Position numbers and translations under genes: made by a program. A stretch of DNA of 64,000 bases from Oopsacas minuta (Eukaryota; Animalia; Porifera), in NCBI GenBank assembly GCA_024704765.1, contig JAKMXF010000362.1, positions 1 through 64,000 of the forward strand, given 5' to 3'. This document shows positions 56,404 through 64,000 of this stretch, one piece after another. Below the pieces are notes generated by a model. That model did not search any database. It worked only from the letters and a program-made list of their open reading frames with translations, and had not been told where the DNA came from. Position 1 is the first letter of the stretch. Every line of letters starts with the position of its first letter.

Positions 56404-59035
56404 GTTATTGCCAAGCATTCCCCCTGCATTATGTAATATTAATTAATCCACACATGTGGAGGTTGTAATGTCACAACCTACTGCAGTGCTATTAGCTAGC
56501 GATAAATATTATAATTTTAGCTAAGTTGCATAAATTATTATTGCATAATCTACTCTCAAACAAATAATAAGTTGTTACATTTGAATATTGGATAATTCGC
56601 ATATTTGTAGTAAAGTAGCATAGAAAGTATATATAAGCTAGCAATTATCGCAGAAGTTGAGGTCAGAGTGGCGGACCCATGGAAGGAGTGCCACGAAGGA
56701 TCTTATGTATATTATCTGAATTGACAGCCATTTTGGAACCATAGCAGAGTTTGGTAAGCAAGCATACCTAAAAGGTTCACATATCGTATATCGACATGGA
56801 TCTGAAGTATCATACAGTAGAACTCGGTTAATAATTACTCAGATAAGTCGGATAAGACATGTTTGTTATGGGTTTTGCTCTTTTCATTTGATTTCAATAT
56901 ACATGACTGCACACTGCAAATTATCAATATGAAGGATGGAAACAGTTAGTGCTACTTGCTGATGTGGTTAACAGTAAACAGTAAACAGAAATTATCATTC
57001 ATGAATATAGCTGTCAATTAACAGTTTTGGACATCAATCAGGACTCAATTATATTGGCGAATTCAATTCCTGGTTATGTGTAGCAATCTACAACATTCTT
57101 TCTCTGCAATAATAAAGGGTGTTTCTAAGCTATAAATTCCATAGATGATATTTTGTTTGTAATAAATATATATAACATCTGATATAAATAGAACACATAG
57201 ATAGCTTCACACTGTATATAGGCGTTATATCCATTTTGCTAGTCATGCAGTATTGACTGGGATCAAATTTCTTTTATATTCTAATTTACTAGAATTAGAA
57301 TACAACTTTAAACTAACTCGTGATTGTGCGATATTTCACATTTGGGGGAGGTTTGTTGTTTTCTATGTACATTTCGATTTTTCTTCCGAATTCTTGGATA
57401 TCTGTGTCTAATTTATGGAGAAATAATCTTGAATTCTAGGTTCTGAGGTAATGGAAAATTATTTGGAAAGGGCATAGAATAATCGTGGAAATATACATTA
57501 AAACAAGTTGAGATCTTATACTCGGCTCCCAGCATTATCTTGGACTCCAGGCCCCACAGGCGTCCGTTACGCTACTGACCTCATGCATGTGCATTCACAG
57601 TACTTTTTAATGTCTCGAATGTTTAGTGATTTCTTATTACATTTTGTCGTATAGGAGAGTAAATATGTTAGCTATCAAACGTATAAAATGGGAATGTTTC
57701 AAGTGTTTTTCAACTTATTTTTCAACAATCTCCATAATAAAATGGATTACAACGAGAATAATAATATCGTTACATTCTTGACTACTGGTAAGCACCCTGA
57801 ATTCCATTCCGCAAGAACCCTCTCGAAAGAGAATACAAATGAGAGCTGAAACTTTAATCTTAGTTGTAAACCAAAAGCTGTGCAAAGTAATTTATACTTT
57901 TTATGATTCTTACAATTGATATTAGACATTGTAGATAATTTTGAATCTATAGTTTCTATGAAAAAAGCCAGGCGCTAACTTATGGCAAAACAGAGTCAAA
58001 TGATATAGTTGTTAGTTAAATAATACAATCATCTATTTCGTCTTTGAATATTAATAGGGATAATATACGTAGTTTTATTCTAGAAAAAGACTAAAGGTTC
58101 TACAGCAGTATATTGTATTGACTAATATTTCAACGGCAATTCTATGGCAATTCTATGGCAATTCTATGGCAATTCTACGGCAGTTTATAAAAACTTTACA
58201 AACAACTGTAAAGAAAAACTATAAAAATAACCGTTACTCATGATGGATTAATATAAAATGTTGAAAATGGCATAATTTAGCCATCCATGGTCTGTTGATG
58301 CAAATGATTAAAAACTATCCCTACATATAGGGTGTGTATTATAACAAATGAAATAATACATCCAATATGATTCCAGCAACATGTATGCCCTTCACATTTA
58401 ATACCAATTATAATTATCAATATCAAGGATGGAAACAACTAATTAGTGCTAGCGTGTATGCTGTTAACGGTAAACAGAAAATTATCACACATTAGTAATT
58501 TAGTATAGTAATTATAATTTCTTGTACGTATAACCAGAAAAAAGGTTCCAAGGTTTGTGAATACAATTTATCACCACTCTCTGAAGATTTTGATGAAATT
58601 TAGGTCTCTATTGGCTATGCAACAAATTGGTAGAATAGTTTCCCAAAATCATTCGTATTTCCAAAAATTGTAAAAAATTGATACGAATATGGCAACGAAA
58701 AGAATGGTAAATACGGTAGCTGTTGAATATTTTTAGGGATATTATTACCTATTTACGTTCTATCAACAAGACATTTAGAACTATCAGGAAAAATTTTCGA
58801 ATATTTCAGATAAGAAGAATTATGAATTTTTCGAATATTCATTAATCAATGAATTTAAGCGTATAGAATTTCTAGCTGCGTTAAATATGGAGTACCCATT
58901 GGGCTGAATATTTGTATATGCGATCGAGACTGCACTCAATCCCACATATGAGCGCTCCACAACAATCCAATGGGAAACACACTGGTTCTACCTTGATAGT
59001 CGATATTGTGAGTAATATTTACTTTATACTTTAGC

Positions 59036-60601
59036 ATGAACGTAAAGAACTCATGGATCACCTTCAGCATTCTGCTAACTATGCTTCTTTTGGACTTAGT
59101 ACTGTTGGCTGGGTACCTGGCTCTAATAGTGCTCTCCTATGACAGAGCTAGAGCAGGTAATCTGGACTACTACTTCTACATACTCGGAGATACTATATTC
59201 ACATTCATATTCGCGTTTATCCTAACTCTCACAGGAATGGTGTTTGTAATCCATGAAAGGTTGGTGGAAGCTCCTAAGAAAGGAACAGAGGAGGTGGTCG
59301 AATTGAAGGATCTAAATTCTCATAAGTATCTGAGTATAGACTTAATCCCAGAGGATACTGTTAGAGAGGGTAGCGAGGATACTGTTAGAGAGGGTTGCGA
59401 GGATATTGCAGCAGTTTCAATTGGTGCAACTAATCCACTTCAAGGGTGTCATGCTAACTTTATCTTACACGACACGCCCTTTTTATCTGACCTACAATTG
59501 GAAAACGCTCCAGTACTTAAACTATCTGGAGAAGCTACTAAACTTAAAACGTGTAGAGTTACTGTCAAGAACAATCCTAACATTGATGTATCTTACAAAC
59601 CGTTCGTTAGCAAACGTTTCGCTCCTCTAACCATTCTCTCCTGTGTTGCTATGTACGTGTCCATTCTTCTAGTACTACTGGGAATAATTTCATTTGCTTG
59701 GGCAATAGTTATAGCCCAATACGATAGAGCAATTCCTTTAAAATTTGGCTGGACATTTGTATTAGTTGACTTCATATGTGGCATCCTAGTTCCCTTCCTG
59801 CTCCTCTGCAGCGTAACTATAGCTAAGGTTGTTCTGTCATACTTCACAGGACAGGAGCTGTCTCTCCGTTCTGCTATCACTCCACTACTAGGTTCTGCAC
59901 ATCTGATCGAGCACTCAGATGGTAGTGTGTATTGGCTTGTGGGAGGTAGATTCAAGTACAATCTGGTGAATAACACCAAACACCCTTGGATAGAATCCAA
60001 TTGCAGTACGTGGGCTTTATGGTTAGTGATATGTATAGCTGTAATGTTTTCATTCTCCCAGTTCATTAATCTGACTGTGATCTCAGAACAGATTTCTTCT
60101 ACTTGTATCCAAGACTTTGATTGTTTCGTAGCTATTGAAGCGTTCTATTTTGAACATATAATATGTCCGGATGGAGCTAACAGTACTTTAGTTGTAACAT
60201 TTCTGAAGAATAATACTGTTTCTATTCTCCCTGAGGACACAGTATTTCATTGTTTTCAGTATTTGGATTTTGCTGTTGATAACAGTTTGTTTTTAGCTCT
60301 CGGCATTTCGTATTCTTTGTATCTATTTGGGATTGCGCTTTTTAACAGAATTTTCAATGCAATTTCTGTTTTAAATCAAATTAAGCAGAGCAGACTCTGG
60401 GCTCTTCCCTTTTTCTTATTGGGGTTGTTTAGTTTCCTATTCGTAGTACTACTCTACTTCTTAACCGGATTACACAGATTATTATTCAATATAATACGTG
60501 TTTTTGTTCTCTTTCAATTGTCTGCTTACTTCATAGTGATAGGAGTATTAGTACTGGTATACTCACATCAAGATAGATCGAGAGAAAAGAAGTACAAATG
60601 A
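59036..60601 (+). CDS. Orphan multi-pass membrane protein, 521 aa (palindrome right copy)
   Basis: Translation identical to 45966-47531. Confidence 0.8.
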   Translation: MNVKNSWITFSILLTMLLLDLVLLAGYLALIVLSYDRARAGNLDYYFYILGDTIFTFIFAFILTLTGMVFVIHERLVEAPKKGTEEVVELKDLNSHKYLSIDLIPEDTVREGSEDTVREGCEDIAAVSIGATNPLQGCHANFILHDTPFLSDLQLENAPVLKLSGEATKLKTCRVTVKNNPNIDVSYKPFVSKRFAPLTILSCVAMYVSILLVLLGIISFAWAIVIAQYDRAIPLKFGWTFVLVDFICGILVPFLLLCSVTIAKVVLSYFTGQELSLRSAITPLLGSAHLIEHSDGSVYWLVGGRFKYNLVNNTKHPWIESNCSTWALWLVICIAVMFSFSQFINLTVISEQISSTCIQDFDCFVAIEAFYFEHIICPDGANSTLVVTFLKNNTVSILPEDTVFHCFQYLDFAVDNSLFLALGISYSLYLFGIALFNRIFNAISVLNQIKQSRLWALPFFLLGLFSFLFVVLLYFLTGLHRLLFNIIRVFVLFQLSAYFIVIGVLVLVYSHQDRSREKKYK

Positions 60602-60950
60602 AAGTTTGATGGAGTAACATATTACCAGAATTTACTCTACTTTGTGTTATATGTAGTTATCTTGTATCATAATTGTCTATAGTCTACATTTATTATATTT
60701 TCTCTTCGCTAGCTACTGTCAACAGCTCGGAACTTTGTACCACGGATTTCGTATTAAGTGTGAAACAGCTAAATTTGTTTTAATGTTCTTTATCGCTAAA
60801 AGAAAGGGATATAGTCGCCACACAAACACAAAAATAATTTATATGTATGTATGTATATTCCATGAATCGATTCCAAGTTAACACCCTTGTCTAGACTTGG
60901 AGTCCAAGTTTACGCCTTAGACCACTTACGTCTGAGTAAGTGGTCTAGTG

Positions 60951-61281
60951 CCGCTGTTCTCAAAGCGTGATCGCCACGTAATTCTTGTGGAGTTGCATAA
61001 AGTTATATTATTGATCCATAATTCATGCGTTAGAAAATACTTATCTATATTTATGACCTAAAACACGTATATGTATTTGTAATAATATACATCATGAATT
61101 TGCATTGCAGTGGTGTTTCACTTATTTGGCCTTTGTTAAAACTTAAGAGGGTGAAAAAAATTGTGAAAACATTTTATTTTCATGAATACAAACCATTTTT
61201 AGCTTATTCGGGTCGCAATATAACTCAATACCAAAATTGTTAGAAATTGGGGTCGCGACAAAGCAAGTTTGAGAACCCCTG
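60951..61281. mobile_element. hAT (Charlie-type) MITE, 331 bp
   Basis: Right end TTTGAGAACCCCTG; left end CCGCTGTTCTCAAA matches at 11/14; 8-bp TSD GTCTAGTG / GTCTAGTA (7/8) resembling the NTCTAGAN target preference. Confidence 0.7.
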
Positions 61282-61305
61282 GTCTAGTACATTTGGCGTC
61301 AGTTG

Positions 61306-61647
61306 CTATTTTGGGTGCTCTGAAGGCGCTTGATATGTGTTTTTGCATATCTCCCGCGAGGGGTGATAGGACTGGGGGTGCAGTAGAACTGTTTGGCGGA
61401 ATTGCTGAGTTATGGGTGTGAATTTCTTTGTGTGTGTGTAGGTTCCTAGGGCTAGGTCCATTATGGGGTACGTAACTACTAAATCGTTGAAGTAGATTGT
61501 AAGGACTTTTCTCAGTGGTATATAGTTAGTGAGAAGGTAAGCAGTGCATAGCCTGGCTAGTTCTGGTGCTAGTGGGAGGCCCATGAGTATTCCTATGTTG
61601 CCCAGGTAGAAGAACTCATCTACATTGGTTGTAAAGTTAAAGTTCCG
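61306..61647 (-). pseudogene. Reverse transcriptase remnant, Penelope-like
   Basis: FFYLGNIGILMGLPLAPELARL (RT motif GxxMGxPLxPxLA), IYFNDL (YxDD degenerated), and LLHPQSYHP (PLE-type thumb). Confidence 0.55.
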
Positions 61648-61738
61648 GACACTTGTAGGATCTTCATCTCACGATCAAATTTCGTTCTAGCTTCAAATTT
61701 GAATAATTATAAGCTAATTAAATGTAAAAAACAAGCAA

Positions 61739-62578
61739 CTAAAAGGAGTGTAAACAGTAATGTCCATTTCTAGCTATAAAGAATATAATTCTTAATTCTG
61801 ACATACAAATACCCCATGCATCTTCATACTTATCCATCATTATGGTTTGTGTTAGTTGTCCTGATGGAGAGATTATCTTCACAGCGTGATTGATACTATC
61901 AGTAAGTAGGATATTTCCTAATGGATCCAGACAGAAGAACCATGTATCAAAAACGATACCATGTTTCCCAGTAGAAACACACGAGTTTATCAAGTCTCCA
62001 CATCTCGAATAGAAGTGGATACAATTCGTACTTCGGTCTAATACTATAATACAATCAGGAGTAACCTTTACATCTCCAGTATAAAATAGCTCACCAGCAC
62101 CGAAGCATTTCAGGAATTGGAGGGACTCTGAAAATATGCAGACTCTATTATTGAGACAATCAGCTACATACACATCACCGTTATAATCTACACAGACTCC
62201 ATGTGGATTGGCTAGCTTTCCCTCTTCTTTTACTCTCAATAGCTTGTAATCGCTGAACCGATACAAATTGCTGGGAATTATGTCAGTAACGTAGATATAA
62301 TATTTTGTTACTGCTATACCCCATGGATCACTAAGTATTCCTTGTCCAAAGTTAGTTATGAATATTCCCTCAAAATTTATCACCTGAATACGTCTGTTTC
62401 CCCTATCAACTACATAAATGAACTCATTGAGTTCATCTATAGATATACCTCTAGCATCATATATTTCATTGATAGCTTTACCATGCTTACCGAAATGTAA
62501 CATAGACTGCTCTTTGAGAGCGTATTTTAGTTCACATACTTTCATATTTGCACATTTACGAGGAACTCCTCCTTCCAT
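61739..62578 (-). CDS. NHL-repeat beta-propeller protein, 279 aa
   Basis: ARGISID..FIYVVDRGNRRIQV, PWGIAV, PHGVCVDYNGDVYVADCLNNRVCIF and WFFCLDPLGNILLTD repeats. Confidence 0.88.
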   Translation of the reverse strand: MEGGVPRKCANMKVCELKYALKEQSMLHFGKHGKAINEIYDARGISIDELNEFIYVVDRGNRRIQVINFEGIFITNFGQGILSDPWGIAVTKYYIYVTDIIPSNLYRFSDYKLLRVKEEGKLANPHGVCVDYNGDVYVADCLNNRVCIFSESLQFLKCFGAGELFYTGDVKVTPDCIIVLDRSTNCIHFYSRCGDLINSCVSTGKHGIVFDTWFFCLDPLGNILLTDSINHAVKIISPSGQLTQTIMMDKYEDAWGICMSELRIIFFIARNGHYCLHSF

Positions 62579-63571
62579 AAGCAGATTAGTTTCTTATTTG
62601 CACTGTTTAACCTGGTTGATAATACTTCGTCAATATGATATATTCTATTATATATTATTGTAACTTGACCTTGAGAATGCTAACGTACGCCTATGGTTGC
62701 TATCGTAAATAACTCTTGATACAGATATTTCATGCATTATTAAATCTATTTTTAGCCCAACGATTGCTCCCGTGTCTTTTCGAATGTTGAACATATACAA
62801 ATATAATTTAGAAAAATTAAAATTTATCGATTTCCCTGATTTCACAATATACGTATGAGTTCAAGAATCACAAAGAATAATATAGAACAAGCAACATGTT
62901 GAATGGTGGGATACATATCACGATCCCCTCCATCTTATAGTATTGATAGTAACCTATCCTAATGTCAAAATTCTGACTCTTATGCAATTCATCATGTGAG
63001 TATTACGTCATCACGAATATACTATACATAGATGGCAAACTGGCGTCCAAAGGATTAAAGGAACCCGCTCCATTTATGAGGGACTGCACTCATATTTAAT
63101 TGCAAACAAATTACAAATTTCATCGTTATTCTGCATAAAATTCAGTTTTCTCGCTATTTAAAGTGGATGCTGGGACACTCTTGTATAATTAACAATTTAA
63201 CGAATGGCTTGAGGTTGCACATTTAACTGAATTTACAATGGTTAAATTCAATCCTGATTACTTAAATACGAATCTAATGTATATCTGAAATAATGAAAAG
63301 AAGCGCGATTGGAGTGCGGTCCATTTTTCCTGGGAGCAGGAGCCGGGGTCCACTCCTTTTCTTGAGTTAGGGGTGTAGGTACGTGGGACTCGGAGCGAGA
63401 GCGCGCTCCAAAATTGAGGGCCGCTTTAAATGCTCTGCTGGCGTCTCACCAAGTCGTTTGGCAGTCACATTATTGTACTTTCGAAATAATGAGTTTGAAC
63501 GTGATTTAGAGTCTTGCAAGGAAACTTATTGGAAACACTCCAAAAGGTTGTCAAAATACTTATCTCGCATT

Positions 63572-64000
63572 ATGGATAGACAGTCACTGAATAGATCCAC
63601 ACAAACTATCGACCTACCAGAAGAGCTAATATTTGTCAAATATAAGTATAGAAGAGGTCCTTATCTGGTCAGTTATAGAGGGTATGAGTATTCGTTACTT
63701 CGTAAGGAACTTAATGTAAGAGAGAAGCGATTGTTATTGTGCTATATTTGTAAAGGAGTAATGTTTGAAGCTAGTATGAATAAAGAAAGTAGGTTTGTGT
63801 GTAGTTCGTGTGCAACTGATGGAGGTAGCGCTTCACCAGTAGAGCCAATTAGAGAGGCTATCTCTGAACTCAGTGCTCGTTGTCCATTAAATATTCGTGG
63901 TTGTGAGTGGGTAGGTACTATAGCTATATTGAAGACTCATATCGAGAAGTGTGATTATCTGTTTACAGAATGTCCTTTAGAATGTGGTAATTCAATGTTA
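63572..64000 (+). CDS. TRAF-like zinc-finger protein, 5' part (runs off the window edge)
   Basis: Open frame of 143 codons not in the ORF track: MDRQ...RGYEYSLL...LLCYICKGVM...FVCSSC...PIREAISELSARCPLNIRGCEWVGTIAILKTHIEKCDYLFTECPLECG. Confidence 0.8.
   Translation, partial: MDRQSLNRSTQTIDLPEELIFVKYKYRRGPYLVSYRGYEYSLLRKELNVREKRLLLCYICKGVMFEASMNKESRFVCSSCATDGGSASPVEPIREAISELSARCPLNIRGCEWVGTIAILKTHIEKCDYLFTECPLECGNSML

Larger units (their letters stand above)
55641..60889. repeat. Right arm of the 15.2-kb palindrome
   Basis: Reverse complement of 45678-50956. Confidence 0.97.

Noticed and set aside
45678-60889. Whole palindrome as a single giant transposon with CAAGG/CCTTG ends
   Set aside because: The flanks (ATATACG versus TCTAGAC) form no TSD and no transposase is encoded inside.

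Overview
AT-rich eukaryotic (animal) genomic DNA. The compact, mostly intronless genes, NHL/TRAF-type families and orphan membrane proteins fit a sponge, possibly a glass sponge (Hexactinellida); this is an impression and cannot be proven from the window. Contents from left to right: (1) 1-4.8 kb, four near-identical small Maf-like bZIP genes in alternating orientation, one cut by the window edge and one with a nonsense codon, all with a rewired basic region. (2) 8.3-31.8 kb, eight consecutive minus-strand host genes: VCPKMT, ABI, RPA2, a 4-exon STIL, a UBE2Q-like E2 lacking the catalytic Cys, FDX2, an orphan ~7TM protein and a VWA protein. A DD37D (maT) Tc1/mariner element sits inside a 17-bp minisatellite in this block. 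(3) An NHL-only gene and an 8-exon CFAP251/WDR66 gene whose introns hold MITEs, Helitron-like repeats and an antisense NHL pseudogene. (4) A ~15.2-kb palindrome (45678-60889) with ~5.3-kb arms. Each arm carries a 521-aa multi-pass membrane gene and a second type of degenerate Maf-like microprotein, and a third diverged paralog lies in the spacer. (5) A hAT MITE, a Penelope-like RT remnant, a second NHL gene and a TRAF-like gene running off the edge. The strongest leads are the two clusters of Maf-derived microproteins, the gene-bearing palindrome with patchy arm identity, a YAG acceptor just before most start codons (possible spliced-leader trans-splicing) and the pseudo-E2. No rRNA, tRNA or CRISPR array was recognised. 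All alignments and counts were done by eye.
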